From positions 18,352,001 through 18,416,000 of the forward strand of contig OZ365112.1 of NCBI GenBank assembly GCA_977030845.1: a DNA stretch of 64,000 nt, read 5' to 3'. The notes under the pieces were generated by a model. That model was not told the DNA's origin. It searched no databases and worked only from the letters and a program-made list of their open reading frames with translations. The position numbers and the translations under genes are program-made. This DNA comes from Fimbriosthenelais zetlandica. Lineage: Eukaryota. Shown here piece by piece: positions 51,501 to 64,000 of this stretch (the first letter of the stretch is position 1; each line of letters starts with the position of its first letter).

Positions 51501-53926
51501 GATATCATCATTTCTTGCTTGGGACGGTCAATAAGCATTTATCCCCAATACCCAGTTCTATTGTTAGAGGAATCCTTTCAGAAATCATTAGTAATTGTTC
51601 AAATACAGTAGACAGTGCATCCCAATATCGTTTCAGAGTTGAGTAGGGACCTGTTGTTCAACTTAGGAACAGATTTTCCCCCTAGAGCGGTACAGCAGCA
51701 CCCTGTAACACCTGATTGTAAGCATTAACAACATAAAAGAATCGGCTAAGTTAGCCCTAGATACGCAACTTCCGCCCGCGCCCTTATGAAAAGGAACGGC
51801 AAGGGGCGGACTTCCGTGCGGGTGTTGCCATGGCAGCAAGGTGTACTTGATCACACCCAGGTGGCGCTGAGATGAAAGGTGTGGCATGTCAGGGCGCCAT
51901 CTATAATACCTCCAGCTTCCTGACGCTAGCGCCACTAGCGGTAATTACCACTACCTCCTGCTTCTCACCTCCACATCCTTCTACCTGCACCTATCTACCA
52001 CTGTCTTACATTTTAAAAGGATATAATTTAAGCCATTTTGACTTAAAAATCACAATCTTCAAAGGCACTATCAAAGGTGAACCTTCGCAAGGCAATGCCT
52101 TCATGGATCTGAAAGTCACTCTCGTATAAGGGCCTACTATTGGAGAGGTACTTGACCTTGGGATGGACGTTAGCCGATTCCATGGCTAAATGAAAGCAGG
52201 AAAGGCCAGGAAATCGTATTCAAATCTGACACTTGGCAGGCAGGTTGCATGTATTTGGGCGGGCTGATTTGTAATAATTACCTCCCTGATTAAAGTAGTT
52301 GTGTAATAGGACCAGATCGCATGAGACCAGGGTGGCGCCGCGTGCGACCAGGTCCCATACCCACCCCAGTAATGACCAGTTATGTTTGAATTGATGGTCA
52401 GAACGAGTCTGAGGCAGCTGATTGGTTCAACTGGATCACGTGTCAATGAGACATGCCAACCTTGTGACAGGGCAGGCATCGTGTGACCTGGCCCTCGTCC
52501 ACATCTCAGTTGCTATGGAAACGCTTATATTCTTTATCTTCTCCAGGAGTGGATGAGCAGTGAGCATCGGGAACATGGTCAGGGTGATAGTCGGAGGTAA
52601 TCATGACCAAACCAAGTGACAATCATCACCTTCGTCATTACCCATCACGCCAACGTCGCCAGATTGCTATGGCATGTTACTATGGCTCTAGGTTCATTAT
52701 GACATTGCTCTATCTCTATCAGTATCAATCTGCTGGATTGAGCACGCAACATGGCCACAAATCCAATAAACCACGACCTGTGCTAATCTTGGGGCAGGGG
52801 AGAGCTGTTAATTCAGCTCCAAACCCTCACAGCTTGAGCAGCTCTTGATTAGATATCCTTTTCTTACAGGTGTCAACTCAAGGCATGGCGGTAATCAATA
52901 GCTGGCATAATGACAGAAGAGAAGATGCAAATTAAACACCACCGCCTGGGTGATTAACTTGCGAGACCCAGGCGACAAGAAAGATCCAGTAAAAACATCT
53001 CCACTTCCATCCTCTCTCCCACTCCTCTTCTGTGCCAGCCATTGGTCTGAAAACCAGGGCTGTTTGGGAGACAACAGGCACAATGTGATAATGCCCGACT
53101 TCCATTTAACAAATCTCTCTATTTATTAGGACGCTTAACCTTGAAGAATGGGGTTGGAGTATGAAGGAGTGAGGCAACATGGAAAATCCATTTCTGGATG
53201 ATTTTTTACAATCATTTTCCAAGGCAGGGTCTTACAAAGCTGTTTTGTAGAATGATTTTATTTCCTTACAGTCAGAGACCAACAGGCGCCTTTGCGATAA
53301 TAGCAGGCTGCCAGTGGTAATAAATTGATGTTGGAATAAGGTCGCTTTTCAGTAAAGCTAGACAGTTTAAGTCTATTGTGAGTTTTTCATCTACCCATTT
53401 TAGAGCAAAATATGTTTCTATGAAATAATTTCTGCCGCTCTGGATTCCATTCTTCCTCAAAGTATTTTCTATAAAGAATCAATTCTTGTCTTTCTGAATG
53501 AATAATGCCATAATGAAGCCTCTTACTCGGACCAGGTGTGCGCATGCGTCTCGTATCAGAAACTATTTTCCGGTTCACTCGTTTCCGGTGCATGCTGGTC
53601 TTGCTAATTGCTCTAATGAGGTCATTTTCCACGCTCTGATTACGATGCCACGCCTCATTGCAACGAGCCTCGATAAAGACCAGACTAAATCTAACCCACT
53701 AAGTTGAAAGTGCCCAGCTCCTTTTTGAAACTTCAGAAATAATTCACAAATCATCAACATCCAATTATTAAGCCTGGGTCTTCCAAGGATGGGCATACTA
53801 TTTTCATTTTACTGAACCAACTGAACAGAAACTCAATAGTCCCGATCCTCTGAAAGTATTTTGCGTGCAATCCATTCCACATGGGTATTAATAATAGGTA
53901 ATATAGATAAAAACAAATAAACATAC

Positions 53927-54118
53927 CTGTGGTTTTCTGAATTTGGAATTTCTTGTTTTGGTCCCGGTGTGACGATAGCGTGGTGCTGCATACTATGGTG
54001 CATGCCCGGGTGGTGGAGAGAGAGACCAGGTGGGCTGAACCGGGCTAAGGGCGAACTACTTAAACCTGGATAAGGTCCTCTATAACCTGTAGACATGGGA
54101 TAACTAGGGTGGCCGTTC
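53927..54118 (-). CDS. TCF: TCF/LEF context-regulatory region exon
   Basis: ttttcag/gtatgt; 192 nt; NGHPSYPMSTGYRGPYPGLSSSPLARFSPPGL...HAIVTPGPKQE matches the YP..TG.R.PYP and HPAIV.P..KQE motifs of TCFs. Confidence 0.95.
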
Positions 54119-55838
54119 CTGAAAAATACAAAACACATCATGTATTAAAATCATGTCATATCTTTATTTTGTAATGCAAAGTAATAGATCTAGATGATAA
54201 TTTTAGTGGATATACAGAGAGCCTAAGTGTAGGATGCTGGGGAAGACGGTGGGCTATGGATTTGATATAACGCCTGGGGCAGGGAAACTCTACTTCCGGT
54301 TTTTGCTGGTCATATTTGTTTGCTTGATGCAACATGGAAATGGCAGTGGTGGAACAGGAGAGGGTTCAGTTTGCCCGCCCAACCAGGAGAAATATGTTGT
54401 TTTAGGCCCCAATCGACAGACAGCCTAGGTTATGGACACAAACATATCCATGGCGTGCCCAAATAGTACACACTGAATCCCTACAGAAACAAATCTCGTT
54501 CCCCATGAGCTTCCTCGAGATGAGGACACCCCCTGGCGAGTGGGTCGTGCAACCTCTCATCTCGTGCCCTCGGGAACACGCGAGATGTGCCCGTCCTTTT
54601 GAAGTACATTACTTGCAGGAAAAACTGAAGGATTTTCCACTTGGAAGGAAAAAGGCCGGGAACGTGCATGCAGAAAAAGGGCTAGGGGCTAAAAGAAAAA
54701 CCCCTTCCTTTCCACGAGATCCCCGTGAGGGATGTATACCGGTATTGTATAAAGGGGGAATAATAGGCAGGAGTTGTTGCCGAAAGTCACAATATAGGTT
54801 AAGGTCGAAGTGAAGGTCACTCATTGATAAGGTAACTCTTGGAGTTGGTAAAGATCATGACCCCCAGGGCAGACAAGAGGGGTCTATCTACCATGCTGTA
54901 ACATACCATACCATACCCCAGGTTAGAGATCTATCAAATAATGTGATATATAGATAGCATGGGGAGAAGGTTGATTAAACACGCGATACTTAATACCTGC
55001 GATAATGTTGCTAACAAACAACTTAGAGGAAAAACACAGGTAGTTGGTGGTATCATCGACCTCTTTAGCTGACTGTGACTTTTAATCTGATACACGCTGT
55101 GTGTTTTTGTACAATAATTCATGTTACCATGAGTTATGGTGATGATGGCACATGAACTTGGAAAAGTCTGTTTGAAGTGGCCCCCTCAGGAGTTATTTAG
55201 GCATGTACACCTTGGGGGAGGATGGAGGAGGGATATAGACTAGAATACCACTCAGTGTGAATGTCGAGCCAGGGAGTCGGCTGAAATGTCTAGATGATCC
55301 CTTCTCACAGATAACACCGGGCTCTGTGGTATGAAACTCAGAGACGAGCCCCGTTTGCACTCAGCATGGGGGAATTATTTCTAGGTTTCAATCATTCTTC
55401 AAGCTTGTAAATATCACCAGTCTACATGATTATCTATATCTCCTGGTACAAGTAACGTTCACGTTTCTACCAATGGAATATGCTAAGGAATGCTGAGAGA
55501 TGTCGTAAAAGAATGCATGATGTCGTAAAAGCTTGGAGATGTCTGTTTCCGGTGGAGCTGGAGCGCCACTGACGGTTGAGTGAGGAGGCTGGTGGCGGGA
55601 TTTGTTTTCATTGTATTGCTATCTGAGCGCGATCATCGTATCATATTACCCGCGTCCGTGGTCAGCCAGTCTGGATCATCCAGTAATTGACTTTTCATGA
55701 AAATGGCTGGCATGTGGTCTCTGTGCCACAGACAACTGCATATGGCTGTCCCATCTCATGGGCCTGACCACAATCACTCAATAAATTAAAATACAGTAGC
55801 CGCGCGCCCAGATAGGCGCGGCCAATGCCCAAAATAGT

Positions 55839-58800
55839 CTTTGATAAACTCCACCCCGCCGCGATTTTTCATATTTGGCCTTTGATGTGGTGGGTAATGC
55901 CATGTCGGGGGAGAGGGGGCAGGATCCGGAGAGAGCCTTTCATCCGACAGGCATGAGAGCGGAGGGGGGAGATCCGGCCATCAGATGTGCGGCCCTCATA
56001 GACCCCCGACAACCCCCACCCCTACCTCAACATCTACATTATTAAAAGTAAACCGGGCACGTTTATCAGCGCGCGCCATGTCATGCGCATCCATTTGTCT
56101 GTGTCATATTAATCTTACCCATGGAGGACGACTAGGGCGCCATCCAGCGGTATGGAAGCTAAGCAGGGATTGTTGTTGAGGGGGGCAGGGCAGCAATGAT
56201 AACCTCCAAGAGGCGGTACAAGAGCGCCATAATGAGAGGTCACCTGGCAAGCCAACCCCGCCTTTGAGATAAAAATAATAGTCTGGAAATTTCATCTCTC
56301 CACCAAACAAAACAAATTACACATGTATTCCTCCGCGTCCCCTTATCTCTCCATTTGGCGGGAGACTGGAGGACCAGATGGCTTGCTCCAGGTGGCCGCC
56401 ATGGAGGAGCTGGTTGACATGACAACCATAGTCACCTTGACCTTGCCCTCCTCCAGGGAGCTAACATCGGCCATTGCCGCCAGGGGGAGTGCGCTTGAGG
56501 GCGGACGCCCCATCCGGGGTCCTTTGATTCTTGTCAACTCTATTTAAGGAACAGAGAGAAGGGCGTTTCAGTTATTCTATTCACTTAGCTCCTTCAGAGA
56601 AAGCTGTTTAGAACTAATAGAGTGGGGCTTGATCACATTTTCACTCGCCTTTTGTCTCCACTATTTGGTCCATTTTGCCTGGTCACTAAAGGCTATTGAA
56701 TCTGGTGCCTCTCATTCTCCCTGCAACAGGCGGACTCATGCCAGGCACCATGGGAGTTCTGTTAGTCCACATGGTTTTACTAAATCACTAACCAGCGATC
56801 TATCATGCAGAAATAACATACAACACTATTCCTAATTGCTCGCCTTGGTATGTGTCATGAACTATTTATTTTACCACTCAGAACTTGACAAACAAACCAA
56901 TGTAACAGTTTAGATTAATACAAATCTGAAACACCACCAACTGGGCAATCATCTTCCCAAGCGTTGCAAGATGCCCCGGCTTTTCACTCCCCAGGCCAAG
57001 ACAGGAATGCAATATGTCGCTCTTTTTTCCCCTCGTAATTTGCACAAAATAATTGCTTATTCAGAAACTCTGCGGCATCCATTGCACGGCTGTGGGTCTC
57101 CAGATCGGGAATTCCCATTCTCTCACTCTGACACCCAATGCAGCACATCCTAATCCAAGCCTTCCACTAATGTAAATCTGATTCAATGACTTATGCCTGC
57201 TTCTATTGGTGGTACATGTAGGAATGTGAGGGAGATGGAATCTGACATGGCGCGAGCGATGTACAAGGCATTATGATGAATAACGCAGGGCCCCGGCCAT
57301 TTATGATGAATAACCCAGCACCTCGGCCATACGCCGCGCCAGGAATGACACTTATTCCCAGAGCACTGCAGCATAACTGGCCTCGCGCCCATGATAACAT
57401 AACCTATAAATTTTGAATCAAAGACATGCTACATGGAGATGTTTGTCAGGCTATGAGACCACCAACTCCTCCGAGGTTAGCAGGCCGCATTCATTACAGA
57501 AATACGGCATAAATTAATGGACATATTTACACATACCCATATTCAATCAACACCAAAAAGGTTGACAATTTCTATTTGACTCTTCAAACTAGATCGTTTT
57601 AGGGGCTGTTTCTTTGATCCACTCTTAACTAAGTTATTAAAGCATCTGTCAAAGGATGGTGGATAGATTTTTGAAAACCTCTGAGAAAAAGTTGTTGAAA
57701 CTTTTCATATGGCACGTCATAACGGCTGGCTGTCCAAGGCTTGACCTTTGACCCATGTCCACTGGAACACTGGTCAAGCTGATATGCTGGTACGGGTCAC
57801 TGTGGTCAGGTGAAGTGTGGCGGTCATCCAGTACATGTCCTCCTAGTTCTTGACCCCTAACTGACCACCAGAACTGACCTCTCCATTCTCTGATTCTTAC
57901 AAGAATGCAATCAGTCAGGTGTAAGAGCGTTCATGTTCTTTGATTCAAAAATTAGAGAGAAGCCACCCTCCGTAAACCTCACGAAGGTGAGTGTAAATTC
58001 ACCTCAACAATGTTCACGTTCAAGTCGGAAATAGTCGAAAGAAAATGGATAAGATAATCTTATCAAGTGAAATATGCTGGTGGATTAGGTGGCGGGTGTA
58101 GTAGGATAAATGCTGACATGGGGGAAAGATAAAGCAACTCATATCAGGGTAAACTGAGGTGCCGCGGTATCCCAACCATCTACACATGTCTACTCAAAAC
58201 CTTCACAACTCTCCACCATCCAACAACTCCCTACTACTATCTTAAATTAATGTATAGAGCCAGTAATACACTCACATAATCGCTAACATTTACTTCCACG
58301 CCTCCAGACGCCATTGATTCAAATCTTCCCAGGAAGAAATGGGATTCCGAGACAAAACTAATAACCCTTTCAATTTATCACCGCGAAAACAATAACAAAG
58401 ATAACAGGGGGCCTTGACATGTCTACCCATGGATGCTCACATGATAGTCATTAGGGCCGGGCCCCATGTGAGCTGGCCGGCTGGCAGTTATGAGGAGACC
58501 GCCAACACCTGGAGAGGCGCCGGCTCTCCAGGCCACCTCCGGCCGCCGACACACCATAGGTAACCCGGTAAATCATGGAGCAGACGGTAAACGCCAAAAA
58601 TTACAGACATGTTAATCCACTGTGATCTCCATTTATCTTCTTATCTATTTCTATCTGACTAGATAAGGCAGCAGTGGTAAACTGATATGGGTATAGGGGG
58701 TAGAGGATTGTGCAACCTGGGTAAGCGCCCCTTCTCAATACTACTCACGAATTCCAATACATATTGTTGAACATATCTGGGGAATACCAACGTCAATTTG

Positions 58801-59497
58801 ATTAAAGAATTACAGGCGCTTGTGTTAAAATACCATTATATAGGATAACAAATATTTTCTGCCAGAAACAAGCATCATGCGTTTGAATCAGGGAATTTTG
58901 CATCAGCGTACCCAGTAGGGTAAAGTGGAGCAGAGGCCGGCCTGCTCTTTGGTATAGAGAATCCTCGCGTGCAGGGGTGTTGTATACACCTTTGATGTGC
59001 CCAGGTCAGTGGCCACCTGCTCAGGTGAGTAACTCTAGCCTCAGGACGCGCTCACCTGAGCCCGAGCAGGGAGGGGGTCATCTGGTTACAGGAGGGTAAC
59101 TCGGTGTACAGTGTAAAGGTACGAGGTGCTATAGTACACAGTACAGGTAGCCTACACCTCACTATACCAGAGATAACCCAGATATAGCTCTGATATCACA
59201 GTCCAATCCATTCAATTTTATCTATTAAATGTTTGAGAAGGATGCAGCAAAACTGTGAATGACCTGGATATTTAGGTACTGAATTTTTACAGTAACAGAT
59301 GAATGAATTGACTGATATCTATATCTTTATTGAACAGATGGGTTAAATAACGTCCATCAAAGTGACTGCCTGGCTCTCATCCCACCAGGTCTTGTGTATA
59401 TTTGGAAGGCAGAATCACTTATTGACTCTCTTCAGGGCGGCCAGATGACCAACAACTCAGAGAACAGCGACCATCGGTCAATACCAGGCCCTTTGAT
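55839..59497. promoter_or_regulatory. Cluster of TCF HMG sites and Helper-like sites in the TCF upstream intron
   Basis: CTTTGAT/ATCAAAG at 55839, 55880, 56522, 57612, 57938, 58990, 59356, 59491; GCCGCCR at 56395, 56476, 58542. Confidence 0.45.
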
Positions 59498-62400
59498 CAT
59501 GGCCAGATCGAGACCACAATCACACTGGACACTGAGCGCTGACCCTGAGTGGACAGCTAGACACAGGAGGGGTGGAGTGGTCAATGCTTCCTCCAGACAC
59601 ACGGGCAATGAGGGGATCAACTATACCACCCTCCTCATCTCCTACCCCTACACCTCCACCCATATATAAGGCAGTTATAAGACTTCTGAGTGACGAGAGA
59701 GAACAGTGTTGTTTTCTAGAGAAATAAATCACACTTCATTCTGATGAAGTGAGCAGTGAAAGGCCTTCATTGAGATGAATTCTTTCTTTATCTTCTCTTA
59801 TTAGAGTAGCTCTTGTTTGGTAGGATAAGCTCGCGACACTTGTATCCGGAGCGCCCCTATCTTGCTTGACAATTATCACTGCTCCATTTTTGACTTTTGA
59901 TTACAAGACAAAAAGCCCTTCTTGGAGACAATAAGAGTGGATCTTTAGTCCACTGCCTTCATTGTCTACGTCAAACAACCGCCCAACTAGTGCCAGCTCA
60001 TTTCTGAATCAGTCGGCCAGGCAGCTATTGCTTTTGACAATATCAATCATCAGCGCAAAGCACAAAAACATTTGGCAAACGCTTTTTCCTGTTATCTATG
60101 ACAATCATTTAATTCTGACGATCCAGCCCGCCAGTTCGAGCTCAGTCATGGGGGCCTCGGCTGTCAAACCCAATCGGAGGACTGTCTCCGCTTCCATATC
60201 ACCGACCAATATCTCCTTACGGCGCAGGTTCTAGGGGACTATCTTGGACGTTGGATAGGGAGACTTTCCCCAGCCAAGTCAGTGACAGGTCTGTGGAAGG
60301 ATACTGGGACCTTCCTTTGAATTACTTGCATCGTTAAATAGCTCATCAATGGTAAATTAGAGAAATGACAGTTGATGGGCCTTGCCACTGTCAACCTGTC
60401 ACTACCCTGCGCCGGAAACGGGCCCCTGCGCACGCGTGGTGGGTGGCGCCCCTGCCACGCCCAATTGGGATGGCGGGCGAAAGTTGTGATTGTTGATACA
60501 GCTCTCCATGCTTGAGAAGATCCATGCAAATCCAATCTGAGAAGCCTATCACAATTTTCCATGCTACTGGAAATATGAATTCTCCACAAGCTACTAAGCC
60601 AATCTTCCTTTTTTGAAGGGAGTCTAGAACTTTGGTGGTCAATGAAGAAACAGCCACCCAAGTTAGTAGATTGATGATGCATGGTTTAAAAAAGAATTGA
60701 TGAATGATCATTTTGAATAAGACTGGTGATGATAGCAGTCATGAAGTTTGATTGAGGGGATGGGGTATTTTTGTATATCACCATTTACACTTGTAATTCA
60801 GGCAGACAATTTTACCTGCTATAATGATATCTCTACTGTACATAGGATAATTTGGCCAAATGAGTTATAAGTACACCAGGCCTCCTCATCCTACTCATTA
60901 GTAAGCGGTGTCAATGGATAGGTCCCCGAGATCAACTTATTTCCCGGTCACCTTTAATCTAAGGCAGATGAGAGGAGCTTCCCTCCCCTATCACAAGCTC
61001 TAAACTCAATACTTATTAGAGGTTGGGTCGGAGTCATATGAAACAAGGCCTCAGAATCCTTTTAATGTCATGCCTCAACCCCCACTAGGGAAAAACCTAG
61101 TACAAAGGGGTACATTACAAAGTATTCCCAATAACACACTTTTTCAAGGTGGGATCGATTGCAGGCTAATAACGTAAAGGATTTACTACCCTCATCAGAC
61201 AATATAATCACAGGTAATTATGTTTTGTTTTTTGTCAAAGAGAATTTGGCCCTGAGCTAATGTATCATTAATTTAGCAATTCCATAACACCGACCTTAGA
61301 AACGCCTGAAGGGTTTAGAATTAAGCTGGTGCCACTCAAATTTAACATCCAAATCTCTCAATAGACATAACCCAAAACTCAAAATATATTTTTAAAATAG
61401 GGTTAATAATTTTAGAGTATAGGATTAGACCCAGTCTACTTAGTGATGACCTGGTTCTGTTTCAACTCTTTTGTATGTGACCAGTAAAAGAGAGGCACTC
61501 GCTCTCATCCCATTCCTCTTTTAGCCTCCCACACCCAAGAGGAAAAGAGGCCTCTCCTATGTGAACCTCTATGACTGGCTTTAGATTTGCTCTAACATGA
61601 GAGGCACAGAGGGTGGTGAAGAAAGAGCGAGTCATAGAAGGGCGAGATCCGCTATGAACACTCAACTCTCCTCTTCACAGAATATAGATAGAGAGAGCGC
61701 TCTTTTCCAGATACCAAACTAAAACAATTGTACCTGGTTTTTAAATTTTACTTTGCTCGCATCTGCTAAGTTTTCGCGTATTTTATAGTTGTTTCAGAAA
61801 GAAAGGCAAATTGCAATAGAGCTAGTTGATGCAGATTGAGCTTCCATTCTAGGAAGTCCAAGGGATGAAGATGCAGGCATAATTCTTGCTGTCTAGGGCC
61901 GCAATCTCAGAGCTGGAATCCTTGCCCGATAAATTAAAACTGGCCAAGCAGAACAACGGTGCAATCAACGATTAAATCACCGAAAAAACTCGGCCACACA
62001 TGACTGATTTAAGTGGAACACCATGCACCTCCCAAACCAGAGCAAATTCTGGGCCACTCCATTAAGCGAGGAGACCTTTGCCAGCTTATAATGTTCCAAT
62101 TTGATTTTAAAATCTCAAATATTCCCTTTGCTCCACTTTTTAGCCTAGAATAACAAGGCGGGCTATTTTGTCTGGGGTAAAACTTGGAACATGCCAGGCT
62201 TGCTTGTAGAGTGCAGTGGAGAGAAGCGCAACATCTCATGCGGTGAAATGGGGGAATTTTTAAACAGCAAAATAAATAGTTGATTGCTTCCTGGAAAATA
62301 GTCAGCAGAGGGAGGGGTGCATATGGAAGGTATGCCAAGTGGCTGTGTTCAAGAGAGGGTACCCTGTTGACCTTGTAATTGCTTTTATCCAGGAGGGATG

Positions 62401-62559
62401 GAGGGGAAGGTATAGAGGGGGCTGATGTAGACGGTGGTAAATGTGTCTCCTGTTATCAGAGCGCTTGTCAGAGCTGCTCGCAAGTTGCTCTCTCGTATGT
62501 TTCACCTCTGCGAAATGAGAGCTTGCCCTGTGCTTGTCTGTAGAGCGGGATGCAATTAG

Positions 62560-62950
62560 AGTTATCTCTTGTAGACTGGGAGACAAAGCTGGTGGGGTTG
62601 GTCGGGGTTTGGTGGTCGGCGGGTCGGCCGCGTCTTATCACCTGGCCCCGGAGGCGGCTCGGGCGGGGCGGGGCGCGGGGATCAGCCAGCTCATTAGGCG
62701 CCGGAAATAGCGCCCGCGACGCTGCCGACGCGCGTCCTGACCCTGTCCCCGTCCCAGAATTAACACAGGGATGCAGGCAGGAACAAATCAACCCTCCCAG
62801 ACCAAGCTCCAGCCACTCTTTTGATGGGCTTTGAATTTCCGCCCGCTTGCCCTCCGCCCTCCCACCCCGGAAGCGAGGAGGAGTCTTGGCAAGAGTTGAT
62901 ATAGAAAGTAGAACTGGCGGACGCGGTGGGCGCGCCATGCTCCTACTATT
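62560..62950. promoter_or_regulatory. GC/CpG-rich island with tandem GC boxes (candidate internal promoter or enhancer)
   Basis: A CpG-dense patch in AT-rich surroundings; GGGCGGGGCGGGGCGCGGGG at 62661-62680. Confidence 0.45.
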
Positions 62951-64000
62951 AATGGGAGTAGAGACTTTGGGCACGACGTTGACAGTTTCACTGCCACAGG
63001 AACAGTGCTTCTATAGACAATACTGAGGACTCAGCTGGTTGTACTGGAGCATAACTACCCTCCCAACCTCAGAATGACATGAGTGTTGGGGGTTGACGCG
63101 CTAACCCTGTTGACGGGAAGCTTTAGTGAATTTCATACTGAATTTCAGACAGGGCAGAAATGAGGGGATACTTGTATAAGAACTGGGGTGAATGAAGGGC
63201 GAGTTGAGGGGGCGCAATTAAACTTATGACAGGCAGATTACACATCCAGATTAATTGTATTTTTGTGAAGGATGGTTAAGGCCAGCTCGGGGTTCCCATG
63301 GCCAGATCTGTGATGGATGAAGGTTAAATGCCTGTCTTTCACAGGCTTCATCCAAGTCAAGATCATTCCATGACCTCAGTCACAATCCTCAATGATTTCT
63401 TCAAAATATCAGAATAAAAAAAATATGCATTTGGCAATGACCTTAATATTTTAACCTCTGGATCAATCGCCATGTCTTAACCTGTATATTCCAATGGCAA
63501 TATTTGCTATACGATGCCTTTTCCATACGCGTTGCACCCCCAAGTACCACTGACACACACTGAGAAGGGCCCATACCTTTGGCCAATCCTTTCATGCCTC
63601 ACTGAGCTTGATTGATAAGAAAATTTCATCCAGTCACATCAGCCATTTCATTCGCATCTGGGCATCCTGTAATTTGGAGTGAATATCGGGGTGGGAGCCT
63701 AGGTCAGGCGGGGGGCTGGGCAGGGGAAGGGACATGCTGCATTCCCAGCCAGGTCGCCAGATCAAAGACAAGTCTGAATCAATACGCATTAGAGGCGTCC
63801 CTTCCCACCAGAGGCAGCACCAGTCATCCCCCTCCCCACTCGCTGCCAATATATGCAATACCAGATCAAGATCCAAATATTCCAACTCCCGCCAAGAAAT
63901 ATTTCCAAACTAGACGTAAATGATTCACTTATAAAACAGAACCATCTACATGTACATTAAGTACATATATTAAATGAATTTGGAAATTCAAAGAGGATTA

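Noticed and set aside
54119-64000. TCF beta-catenin-binding exon or other N-terminal exons
   Set aside because: No DELGA.DE..FKDEGE or PPAHMGIPP-like peptide with splice sites was found. ORFs such as 56343-56537 and 62468-62974 are not TCF-like.

Overview
This is a eukaryotic (invertebrate, lophotrochozoan-like by TCF sequence) genomic window with two convergent, intron-rich genes. On the + strand are the last 6 coding exons (534-19648) of a family I soluble inorganic pyrophosphatase. On the - strand are the 3' exons (54118 down to 37102) of a TCF/LEF (pangolin) gene; its N-terminal beta-catenin-binding exons were not found and probably lie to the right of the window. The TCF locus looks like an alternatively spliced DNA-binding switchboard: a tandemly duplicated, probably mutually exclusive first HMG-box exon (48332-48527 and 48102-48276, 55-nt intron between them), a 12-nt microexon that can also read through to an 80-codon C-clamp-less tail, a canonical C-clamp exon, and a degenerate C-clamp-like terminal exon. 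Between the genes (about 22.1-29.2 kb) is a tandem array of about 1.5-kb units. Each unit is a 1.0-1.3-kb palindrome capped by outward-facing tRNA-derived Pol III elements (11 copies in total), and the palindrome centre is flipped in units 3-4 relative to units 1-2. Clusters of TCF-binding motifs occur in the TCF upstream intron and in a pyrophosphatase intron. Splice models come from manual translation and splice-site reading and are not transcript-validated.
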